A stretch of DNA of 22,065 nucleotides from Promethearchaeota archaeon (GTDB lineage Archaea > Asgardarchaeota > Lokiarchaeia > Sigyniarchaeales > SOKP01). Positions 6,761-16,800 of the stretch are shown here, piece after piece. The stretch spans positions 1 to 22,065 of the forward strand of contig JAHLWP010000052.1 of the NCBI GenBank assembly GCA_019057865.1. The letters run 5' to 3'. Made by a program: the position numbers and the translations under genes. Numbering within the stretch: position 1 is the first letter of the stretch; every line of letters begins with the position of its first letter. The notes beneath the pieces were generated by a model. It saw only the letters and a list, made by a program, of their open reading frames with translations. It searched no databases and was not told the DNA's origin.

Positions 6761-8506
6761 TTAAATGAATCGTACACGATTTCCAAAAATTCCTTCCCCT
6801 GCCCTTCTATCATTATTAGTTAATCTTTCTTCTAATACTCGTAACTCATATTGTTCAATAGTTTCACTTTCATTTTGGGTTGTCATAAAATTGGAAGCAC
6901 GCCATATTGCTGATTGTTGTCTCCTTAAATTTCTTATATACTCCTCAACAGGGAATTCACCAATAATAATTGGTAAAAGTTCATCTTGAGAAAAATATTC
7001 AAATATATCATTCAGATTTTGTCTTTTATTTGGATTTTCTGAAAAGTCAGTAATAATCGTTCCAATATCCTCATCAATTAATCTAACTTCAAGATCTAGA
7101 AGAAACATAAAAGGACTCCAAAAAGTAATATATAACTTCTGCTCTCTGGGTATATCATCTTCAAAAATATGATTTTGAAAAAATAAAATATTATCTCTTC
7201 TCTCAACCTCTCCAACCCAGATTCCAATATGATTTTTTAATTCTAAAAGATTATTCAAGAATAAAAATAAATAATAAAATCCGCTAGAATTGAGTGTGAT
7301 TTCGTCTCTAATATATTTTTGAAATGATAGTACATTTTCCACTACAACCGCTGGAGGGATTTGCACATAATCTCTCATGCTACATCCAAGGTTCCATCGT
7401 AAGCCACAAAATTGTCCTCGTAATTCAGCTACCAAGCAATCAAAATCAGTATTTAATATTAGGTTGGGTCTTCTTCCATGTAATAATTTCAGCATTAGTA
7501 GTGTTTGTGCGGTTCTAAGAGGTAAATTTACTCCAAATTCGACTAGATAATTTTCTGTATAAGTTTGATCCAAAGTTTCTAATCTTAAATTAAACCTTGT
7601 AAAGTCATGAGGAGAAGGAATTTCTTCTCTTAAAACCGATTGAAAAATATTATTATTGGCAAAGGATAAATTAAACTCCTGTAAAAATTCAGGAGCTAAT
7701 GTTGAAAGAGCAAGTCGCTTTAACCACAAATTATGTAAATTAGGAATAATAAACATTTGATTTTCATAATTTGTGAAATTTTCATGCTCAGGTTCGAGTC
7801 TAATAAAGTCTCGTGAATAGAATAAATAAGAGACAATTTCATTCCTATCAAAATTAATTTCATTAATTTTTGAATAGCCTGGAAAAGGGTCAATCCATCG
7901 AAATCTGTATGGATTTGGATTTCGTTCGGTTCTTCTTAGGGCTATTTCATATGGCATTCCATCATCAGAGGGTGGTAAAGTTATGTGTGGATTAAATAGT
8001 TGAAGATTAAAGAAGATATTACCTATAGAATCTCTGTATCTATTAAGGGTGCCTTCATCTTGTAACCTTTGAAATAACCTTAAAATATAAGGTATAGCAT
8101 CTCCATTCTCATGATCCAAAAACAGATTAAAAAGGTTCCTCCATTGAATAGATTCTAATGGTTGGTTTATTAGACGCCAAGCTTCATTATTCCAAACAAT
8201 ATATTTTAATACATCAATAACAGTTGAATCGAATGCTTTTTTATATCGATAATAATTTCTAAAAACATTTTGATCATCCACATCCTGATCAAACGCTCTA
8301 AAAATTACATGAGGTTGAGGTCTTCTTCCTTTTATATTTTTTAAGAAAAGGAATTTTGGACAGAAGGGTTGACTTAAGTCTTTAAGAGCAATTATTGGAT
8401 CAAAGGGAGGAACCCGAGGATTCCATAGGTTATATCTTAAATCTGATTCATTTGGATAATTAATTGAACGAGTTCGATCTCTATAGTTAATTCTTTCATC
8501 TATCAT
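6761..8506 (-). CDS. Putative Fe-S 'iron-staple' Cas4/Dna2-like nuclease-fold protein, probably catalytically degenerate
   Basis: Exactly four Cys in a 1+3 arrangement: C49 in IALKDLSQPFCPKFLFL (Cas4/AddB-like N-terminal motif) and C357, C367, C375. Lies immediately upstream of the Dna2-type helicase. No clear PD-(D/E)xK residues. Confidence 0.55.
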   Translation of the reverse strand: MIDERINYRDRTRSINYPNESDLRYNLWNPRVPPFDPIIALKDLSQPFCPKFLFLKNIKGRRPQPHVIFRAFDQDVDDQNVFRNYYRYKKAFDSTVIDVLKYIVWNNEAWRLINQPLESIQWRNLFNLFLDHENGDAIPYILRLFQRLQDEGTLNRYRDSIGNIFFNLQLFNPHITLPPSDDGMPYEIALRRTERNPNPYRFRWIDPFPGYSKINEINFDRNEIVSYLFYSRDFIRLEPEHENFTNYENQMFIIPNLHNLWLKRLALSTLAPEFLQEFNLSFANNNIFQSVLREEIPSPHDFTRFNLRLETLDQTYTENYLVEFGVNLPLRTAQTLLMLKLLHGRRPNLILNTDFDCLVAELRGQFCGLRWNLGCSMRDYVQIPPAVVVENVLSFQKYIRDEITLNSSGFYYLFLFLNNLLELKNHIGIWVGEVERRDNILFFQNHIFEDDIPREQKLYITFWSPFMFLLDLEVRLIDEDIGTIITDFSENPNKRQNLNDIFEYFSQDELLPIIIGEFPVEEYIRNLRRQQSAIWRASNFMTTQNESETIEQYELRVLEERLTNNDRRAGEGIFGNRVRFI

Positions 8507-8521
8507 TTTTAATACCTAATT

Positions 8522-9316
8522 TTAATAAATCAACCAAGGTTCGATTTTTATTTCAAATCCTTCAGTTTTATCATAAATATCATTATAAATTTCATTAATG
8601 CTTAATTTGCTTACTGGCTCACTATTGTTATCTATTTCTCGTAGGATATTAGCCAATGATTCGAAAATCCTTAAATTTATTAATGGTAAATTTTCTACTG
8701 TGATGTAAATAATTTCATTTGAAGATTTAAGTAATTTATTTAAATTCCCCCAGAAACAAAACCCAAGAAAAAGAACTTTGATTTCAAGAAGATCGAGTTT
8801 ATAAAAAAAATCATTTAAAGCCATTTCAATTTTTTCTAGATCTCCTCTAAATAAGTTATCTGTAACAATATTATTTTCTAAGTTTGCATTAATGAGATCT
8901 TCGATTTTATTTATTTTTATACAATAGTTCAATTTATTCCATTTCAGAAAAAAAAGATAACCTTCATTTAAATTATCTTTTAACTTTTTTTTATATATAA
9001 TTTCAGAGATTATAGAAAAGAGTTCAAATAAACGATGGATGTATAAATTATCTAAACTTCCATTAGTCAATCTAACTTTATGCTTCGTTTCCTCTTCTGC
9101 TGCTACTATTTCTTCTATAGTTATTATATGTTCAATTACTTGTCGAAATATGGAAGGATTCACTCTTTCTAATACATATAATAATTCTTTTAATCTTATC
9201 TTAAGTTGTTTTACAGGACCGTTTAATATTTGTTCCTCCAATGAATAATTTTGAAAATTTTGAGGAAGTAAATTATTGATATGTTGACTAATGTCTATAA
9301 CTGTTGCTTTTTTCAA
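8522..9316 (-). CDS. Hypothetical helical protein (operon gene 1)
   Basis: 264-aa ORF with a TTG start; ends 15 nt before the next gene; no motif recognised. Confidence 0.75.
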   Translation of the reverse strand: MKKATVIDISQHINNLLPQNFQNYSLEEQILNGPVKQLKIRLKELLYVLERVNPSIFRQVIEHIITIEEIVAAEEETKHKVRLTNGSLDNLYIHRLFELFSIISEIIYKKKLKDNLNEGYLFFLKWNKLNYCIKINKIEDLINANLENNIVTDNLFRGDLEKIEMALNDFFYKLDLLEIKVLFLGFCFWGNLNKLLKSSNEIIYITVENLPLINLRIFESLANILREIDNNSEPVSKLSINEIYNDIYDKTEGFEIKIEPWLIY

Positions 9317-9628
9317 CCTTTTAATTTTTTGGTCAATGATTTTAAATTGATGACTAATTTAAGATCCACCCTTAATTATTATCTATTATACATGATTATT
9401 TAGCCCTACCAGAAATATAAAATTGTTCCTATATTTGAATTAAAATATTTGAATTTATTTGTCTATCTAACTTAAAGATTTTTCCTATTAATATATATCC
9501 TATATTTAAAGAAGAAAATAGCGGTTTTTTTTAATAATAAAAGCGTCAATCATTCATTTTAACACTATTTCTTTAAAAGATGGTATAGGATTTACAGAAT
9601 ATACGACTATTAAACAATTTAAATTGTA

Positions 9629-12600
9629 TTATTTATTTAAAAAGTGATTATCAATAGTTTTAATAAACTCATAAAACTCATAAAATCCTCTATCTGTCAA
9701 TAATTCTTCAATATTAGTTACTTCTCTATTGAAATCTTGTATGCCATATTTTTCATTGACAAGCTTAACTATCTCTATAATATCATTTACATTCTTTTGG
9801 AAAAGCCAAGAACTGACACGTCCTTTTAATAACTTCTCAATTACATTAAGGACACTTTTAGGATTAAGCTCTATGTATTTTTTTAAAATATCAAATATAA
9901 AATTTGTAGAATTCCCTAAATTTCCTTTTGTTAATTCTAACACCTGATTTAATAAATCTATATATTTTTGCTGGACTTCCATTTTCTGAAATAAATTTCC
10001 ATACCAATGAATTTCTTCATAAATTTCATCAACTGTAAGATTTTGCTTTTGCTTTAAATATTCTATTACATATTCCCAAAGATATAAGATCCGTTTAAGT
10101 ACTTGTTCTTTCTCACTAATATCTTTATTTTCAATGTAAATTTTATTAGTAAACCACATCATTTTTGAACGCATTTTTGATGAAGCATTATTTAGAAATG
10201 AATAGATTAATGAGTTTTCACTTAAATCTTCGAGTTCAAAAACATATGCAAGAACCATATGAGATGATAGTCCCTCAAGTGATTTGTACGAGAAAACTAT
10301 ATTTTCGACAAGCATTTCAATAGCTCTTATATATTCATTCCGTAAATGAGAGTATATTTTTGAATTCAATTGATTATAAGAAATATAGCTTTCCCATGCA
10401 ATTAGCCATAAATCTTGGTTTTCTTTTAGAAAAATAATTGGTATTTTAGAAACAGCCCACTGCTCGTCTAAATAGAAAATATTATATAAATTATATGAGA
10501 TAATTGACCAAATTATTCTAGCAGAATTATGTTTAGGATCAAGTATTTCATCTAATTTTTCCCTTACTTCAGGAACCATTCGATGTTGTGGGGGTAAGTT
10601 TGAAACACTCGCATGGTGAAGTGCATATGCAATTATGAGTAATAATACAGAACCCGTATAAGTATTAATCGAAAAATGCATATAATCCCTGTAATGGGAA
10701 TCTTGTGCCTTTGATCTAGGTTCATCTATAGATAAAAATAATAAAATGACCCCCCAAATATCATTTAATAAAGTTTCTTTTAGCTTAATAGTTCTTAATG
10801 CCAAACATTCTCGAAAATAAGAAATAAGGACACGCCAAAGACTGAAATTATTCAATAATTTCTCATCACCCATATATCGTCTTGAGATCTGAATCATAAT
10901 CTGGGTACATTCCTCGATATTAAATTCATCTGACTTTTTTATTGCACGAGTAAAACCCTCTATAATATGCTTAATATAATAAAAAGTAATTTCCGAGTAT
11001 TTTAACAGTAAACCAATATACTTGGAAGGATTCTCAAAAATCATATCCCTCAGTAAATATCCTAAACTTGCATTTTCTGGATGCTCAACGATATAATCAA
11101 TTAGTTCTTCAACTTCTAAATTTTTGATTTCTTCTGTATTTAATTCTTTTTTAAGTCGAAGTTTTACTTTCTCGACTTCTGGAGTGATCTTATCGTATAT
11201 CTCTTTTATTTCTGGAGGTAAGACATTTACTATTGGCTTTGCTTTTTTTTTCACCCAATTTATTCTAAATCTTTCTTTATATTTTTCAAATTCATCTTGA
11301 TTTTCAAAAAGATCAAGTGTAATTCCAAGTTTTGAATAATTAGGACCTCTTTTTATCCAATCTAAAATTTTTTCTTGAGCTTTGAGAGAAATTCGAGTGA
11401 AATTTTGGTTTAACAATTCAGAATATTCATTCCAATAATTGTCATTCTCAAATATTTCAAAGTTAATCAGATATGATTCAACTTCATTTGTGAATATATC
11501 AGAATAAGTCTTTAATAAATACAGTTGGATTCTAATGAAAATAACCCATTTATACCTTGAAATAATTAAAAACTTTGATTTGAGAGTATCTATATCTTTT
11601 GCTGCTATTTGCTTTAAATATCCTATTATTTCATTCACTAATTGGTTTCTAATATCTTCACTAGACTTAACTTCGATAGAAGGTTTCCATATCTCAGAAT
11701 AGTCCTTATAATTATCATTAATACTAAATTCATTTTCAAAATATTTTGACAAACTATCGATTAAAATTTCTAAGTAATTACTCGAGTTCGTTGTTAAATC
11801 GATGGTTATTAGTTTTTCTCTAATATCATTATATTCTGAAAATATAAAATAAAATTTATCAAGGAGGGTATCATATTCATTTCTAATTTCTGGTTCATTT
11901 ACAGAAAAAATTATAGATAAAAACTCAAAAGCTTTATCATTTTCCCCTTCATCTAAAATTTTTTTTATCAATTCCATAATTTTTGCTAATATTGGTATAG
12001 AAATGAAATATGACATCCATTTCTTTATGATTGGAATACTCTTCTGAGATACTTCCACAGGCATATTATAAAGACACTCCATTAGTGGCCAGTATATCTT
12101 ATAATTTTTAGAATCTGATAATGATTGAATAATGGAAAAGACATCTTTTGGTCTTACACTAGAGATTTTTATTAAATAATTCACTTGAGGCCATATTGAA
12201 ACCATCAGAGAGCCCTCGACTGCCTCAGTTCTGGGTTCTGTAAAAAAAGAATTTTTAAGAAGTATATTAAACCAATTTGGAGATGAAAGTCTGGTAAAAA
12301 AATATTGAGAATGAGATGGTTTACTTAATAATTGAAATAAAAGTTCAATATCCTTATGATTAGGTGTTTCCTTTTCAAGTAACTTATCTAGTTCTCTCAA
12401 GATTTCAATATTTGATTTTAAAATCTCTGAAATAATTATTTGAAATTCTCGAAATTTTTCTTCAAATTCTTCTTTATTAGTTCTTTTTAAGCCGCTTGAA
12501 ATGTTAGAAAAGAAACTACATAAATTTGATAATTCATCGAAAAGTCTGTTCTTAAGTTCCTCTGATTTTTTGGGCAAAATCTCTACATTTTTGAAAAAGT

Positions 12601-13687
12601 CTTCTTTTAGTTTCTTTAGAAAATTACAAATAAATGAAATCGAAAGAGATGATTGAGAAAATCTCACTGAGAGGCTCGTATTACGAAATGTTGAAATCGC
12701 ACCAATAAAGTGATTTGCAATATCTTCATCCAACTCCAAAAGCGTAAGAAACAAAGTTTTTTCTTCATTTGACATCTTATCAGTTGGAATTTCAAGTTCT
12801 TTTAGATTTCTCTCATAGTATAATTTTAATTCTCTTTTTACCTCTTGAAAGGATCCATATCTATCAGCAGGGTCTTGTCTTATCATCTGGTCTATAATAA
12901 TATCAAAAAGAACACCATAATTTGGATTTTTATCACTTATACTTTGTCCCGTACCTCTTGGTATTTCACCAGTTAATAATTCATAAATAACATATCCTAA
13001 AGAAAATATATCAAACCTTTTATCAGGATTTTTCTCGGGTGCATAGTATTTTCGGTTCTTTGGTATCTTTTTTGGATCAGTTTCAACTCCTTCTACTTGA
13101 AATTCTTCACGGAGATGTGCAATTCCGAAATCAGCAACAATGGCACGGTTATTTTCTCCCATTATTAAAATATTCTCTGGTTTTATATCTCGGTGATAAT
13201 TAACTTCCTCATCATCTTCATGTTTTTTTCCTTTATCATGAATATATATTAATCCCTCAATTATTTCAAAAAGAATCCGTCTAAATTCATCAGAATTATT
13301 TTTCAAATCTATTTCTTCTGAAAATTTTCTTAAATCACATTTTGCCTTAGGCATTACATAAAATGGAAGGAACTCATAGGTTTCATAGCTAATCTCTCCC
13401 TGGTTAATAGCTTTAAGAACATTGGGGTGATCTGAATTTATTGAAAAATCAATTTCATTTTTAAATCTCGCTAAATTTTCAGCATATGGTTCTTTTATTC
13501 GTGCAAATATTTTTAAAGCTAATTTTTTTCCCTTTGAATCCTCACATCTGTAAACCTTTCCTCCGCCACCTCTCCCAAGTTTATCCCCTGTAACTTTATA
13601 AATCTCTCCATGCTTACCTTCAAATTCTATAAGTTTCAATTTTTCTAATTCAAATTTGATCTCACTTTCCTTTCTTCTTTGTGCCAT
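9629..13687 (-). CDS. Hanks-type Ser/Thr kinase fused to a degenerate HEPN-like domain and a long alpha-helical (sensor-like) region
   Basis: Intact GRGGGGKV, ALK, HRDIKPEN, DFG, APE and DIFSLG within the first 290 aa; then LDEDIANHFIGA...; then YFFTRLSSPNWFNILL...WPQVNYL and about 900 aa of helical sequence. AGGTG RBS. Confidence 0.88.
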   Translation of the reverse strand: MAQRRKESEIKFELEKLKLIEFEGKHGEIYKVTGDKLGRGGGGKVYRCEDSKGKKLALKIFARIKEPYAENLARFKNEIDFSINSDHPNVLKAINQGEISYETYEFLPFYVMPKAKCDLRKFSEEIDLKNNSDEFRRILFEIIEGLIYIHDKGKKHEDDEEVNYHRDIKPENILIMGENNRAIVADFGIAHLREEFQVEGVETDPKKIPKNRKYYAPEKNPDKRFDIFSLGYVIYELLTGEIPRGTGQSISDKNPNYGVLFDIIIDQMIRQDPADRYGSFQEVKRELKLYYERNLKELEIPTDKMSNEEKTLFLTLLELDEDIANHFIGAISTFRNTSLSVRFSQSSLSISFICNFLKKLKEDFFKNVEILPKKSEELKNRLFDELSNLCSFFSNISSGLKRTNKEEFEEKFREFQIIISEILKSNIEILRELDKLLEKETPNHKDIELLFQLLSKPSHSQYFFTRLSSPNWFNILLKNSFFTEPRTEAVEGSLMVSIWPQVNYLIKISSVRPKDVFSIIQSLSDSKNYKIYWPLMECLYNMPVEVSQKSIPIIKKWMSYFISIPILAKIMELIKKILDEGENDKAFEFLSIIFSVNEPEIRNEYDTLLDKFYFIFSEYNDIREKLITIDLTTNSSNYLEILIDSLSKYFENEFSINDNYKDYSEIWKPSIEVKSSEDIRNQLVNEIIGYLKQIAAKDIDTLKSKFLIISRYKWVIFIRIQLYLLKTYSDIFTNEVESYLINFEIFENDNYWNEYSELLNQNFTRISLKAQEKILDWIKRGPNYSKLGITLDLFENQDEFEKYKERFRINWVKKKAKPIVNVLPPEIKEIYDKITPEVEKVKLRLKKELNTEEIKNLEVEELIDYIVEHPENASLGYLLRDMIFENPSKYIGLLLKYSEITFYYIKHIIEGFTRAIKKSDEFNIEECTQIMIQISRRYMGDEKLLNNFSLWRVLISYFRECLALRTIKLKETLLNDIWGVILLFLSIDEPRSKAQDSHYRDYMHFSINTYTGSVLLLIIAYALHHASVSNLPPQHRMVPEVREKLDEILDPKHNSARIIWSIISYNLYNIFYLDEQWAVSKIPIIFLKENQDLWLIAWESYISYNQLNSKIYSHLRNEYIRAIEMLVENIVFSYKSLEGLSSHMVLAYVFELEDLSENSLIYSFLNNASSKMRSKMMWFTNKIYIENKDISEKEQVLKRILYLWEYVIEYLKQKQNLTVDEIYEEIHWYGNLFQKMEVQQKYIDLLNQVLELTKGNLGNSTNFIFDILKKYIELNPKSVLNVIEKLLKGRVSSWLFQKNVNDIIEIVKLVNEKYGIQDFNREVTNIEELLTDRGFYEFYEFIKTIDNHFLNK

Positions 13688-13806
13688 AATAATAGTTACA
13701 CCTACACATCTTTCTAATTTTGTATTTAAAAAATTAAGTCTTTTTCTTTATATATCTTCTCAATAAATTTTTTTATCATAAACTTTGCTGCTTATTTTTC
13801 TCGATG

Positions 13807-16800
13807 TTATTTTCCTACAACTTCAGATATGAGATTTTGAAGTAGGTTTAAGTCTTTTTTTAGTTTATCCTTATTATTATTAATTTTTTTTGCTAAGGCA
13901 ACTACTTTTTGATGTGTTGGATTTGAATGATTATACCTAGGAATTTTCATTTCTGAGATTAATTTTGTTGTAGTAGATGTCTGCAACTTTTTAGTTTGAA
14001 TGAAATCTCTAACCTCTGAATAATTCATTATACTCGCAACGAAATATGCTTTATTTTCATCATTAAAAGGAATATACATGTTTTTATTATTTGTCATTGG
14101 TAATTTCTCCCCAAGATATTGATCATTAATCTTTTGTACGACTACACAACCAAATTCTCCCATTTCAGACCAAAAAATTCGATAAGGATAAAAAAGCCTT
14201 TTTTCTACATTATAAATAGCATAAAATGGTCCTTTAGATCGAAAATATTTTTTATAACCTGAACGTGTTATTAAAACTTCTTTAAACTTTAATAAATAGT
14301 TATACGTTTTAGGATACTCAACTTTCATTCTAGATAATGGTATTGCCTTTCTTGTAGCAGGATCATTTGTAATTATAATATATATGTTATCTGTATGATT
14401 TAATTCCCATATACCAACGTCTCTACCTCTTATTAGAGGGTAAACAAGATCTGGTTCAATCTTAGCCCTAACAAGTTGTACCTTTTTTTTACCTATTGTA
14501 TTTAAGTTTTCAATTAAAATCTTGCCATCAGGATAAGTCTGTAAGATTTTTACATAATAAACACCATTCATCCATGTGGTCACACCTGCTTTCCCTAAAT
14601 ATGGAGAAGAACCAGAGTATTTTTTCACTAACTCAGGAAATTTTTTATTTGCTGCAGAAAATATTGCCCATGGTGAGCCAGTTTTTTTGGATGATGGCAT
14701 TGCTAAAAATTTTTCAAGCTTTACTTTACTTTTTACATCTTTATATAACAATGAATTATCAGTAAGGTTCACCTTTTCTTTTTTACTCCAAATATTATAA
14801 TTTATAGGATATTCTGTTTTTTCACCTTTTTTACAATAAATAATTGCTGCTTTATTAGTAGCATGAAATGCTTTTAATTTATTAATATCATCAACTTTCC
14901 AAACATTGAAAAACTCTTTAGCAGAAATTCTAAATTTTCTAAAACCCTCACCTGTTTTAACAGACTGGAAAACTGTTTGTGTAATTAAAAAAATAAGTTC
15001 TCCTCCTTCTTTAAGATAAAAATCTATACATCGGTGTACAAATAACATTGCTATATCTTTTTTACCTCCACCAAGCTGAGCTTCAGTCCCACTTTTTAAT
15101 GAAAATAAATAATATTTCTTCCATAAATTTTGCGTATTTTTTCTATAACCTTTAGGGAGATTTTCCCAAGCAATCCAAGGAGGATTTCCTATTATATAAT
15201 CAAATTTGCCAATTGTAAAAGGTGCAAAAATATTTACCAATAAACGTGTCCAAATTCGATTTTTTCCCTCTTTTTCTAACTCTAAAAATTTTTGATATAA
15301 ATTTCTTAAATATTGTAATTGATCTTCAGGAAAATATTTCTTTAATCGATCTCTAAATTCGTTAAAATTACATTCAAGTTTAATACATTCTTCAAGAATT
15401 TGAAAAAATATTAATCTATGATTACTCTCAATAAAGACATTAGGAATATCAAAATTCCCAACTGTAGTAGACATAATATATGTGTCCCCTACAAGCGTCC
15501 TCTGTTTGGTCGAGGCAATAGAGTCAGATAAATAAATTGGGATAAAAATGGAACCTTTTGAAAAAGATATTAACTCCTTAATCGCCAATAGATAATTTGT
15601 TCTAGCTGTTATAGTGGCAATTGGATTCAGATCAATACCTTTAAAAGATTTCGTTATTCTGTCTAATAATTCTGATTCTTCAATAGTTGAGCTGAATTTA
15701 TTAATATATTTATGTATTGATTGAATAAGAAAGGTTCCAGAACCACATGTAGGATCCAATATTCGTGTATCTTTGTTAATATTTATATTATTTATAATAT
15801 ATTCAGCAATCCAATTTGGAGTATAAAACTCTCCTAAATCATGTCTTATCTCACGAGGAATCAAATCCTCATATAATTCTTTTAGAACATCTTCTATATT
15901 TCCTTCATAAACAGAACTGCTAGCAGGTTCATATTTATTTAATCGCTCTAATGCATTTATAATAGATTCTTCTAATGTTAATGTCCATTCTTCAGTAAAC
16001 CACCAAAAAAAATCACCTTCTAAAAAGTTATTTATTCCTAGATTTTCAAAGATACCTCCTTCAATCATATTATCAAAATTTCGCTTTAATTCATCTTTAC
16101 TACAATTTAATAAATATTCTAAGTACCCTTCAAATGCCGCTACAGTTCGAAGTGAAACTATTTCAGATGCTAAAAGAGTTAAAATTAGTGAAAAATATGT
16201 TTGAAGGCAAAATATGCATTCAGCCGTTTCATTTTTTGTTAAACCGAATTTCTTTGCAAAATTAATTAATTTTATTTTTGGATTTTTAAAATCATAACCA
16301 CAGGATTCATTATAAAATTTTTTCCACTCATTAAAAAGTATTTCAGTATGTATAACTTTTCTATTTTTTAAACACTTTATTAATTCTTTCATCATTTTTT
16401 TACAAATATCTGATGTAATCCCTAAAAATCTAGTTAATGATTTAGATGTTAATGGTTCTCGATAGAGTCCCCTAAAAAATTCAAGTAATTGGGGCATTGA
16501 TCTTAAGTTAATTTCATACATCCGAGATATTATCCAATTATCTCTCCATCTAATATAAATAATATTTTTACCATCTAAAGCTATTCCAAATAAAGATTCT
16601 TTCTTTACTTTAATTTCTTTAGCAAGCTTATTTATATAATCTTTTACTTGACTTATTGCATGATTACGTACTGATATTCCATCCATTGCTTTTGGTGATT
16701 CATATTCAACTATAAGAAATCCATATAGTGCATCAATTCTTCCTCTAAAAACACTTTTTTCATATTTAGGTTCAATTGTTATACCATATTTTTCAAAGAA

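Noticed and set aside
6765-14800. Small plus-strand ORFs (6765, 7324, 9039, 9729, 14496, 14576)
   Set aside because: All are antisense within long minus-strand genes and have no RBS or motifs that I could see.
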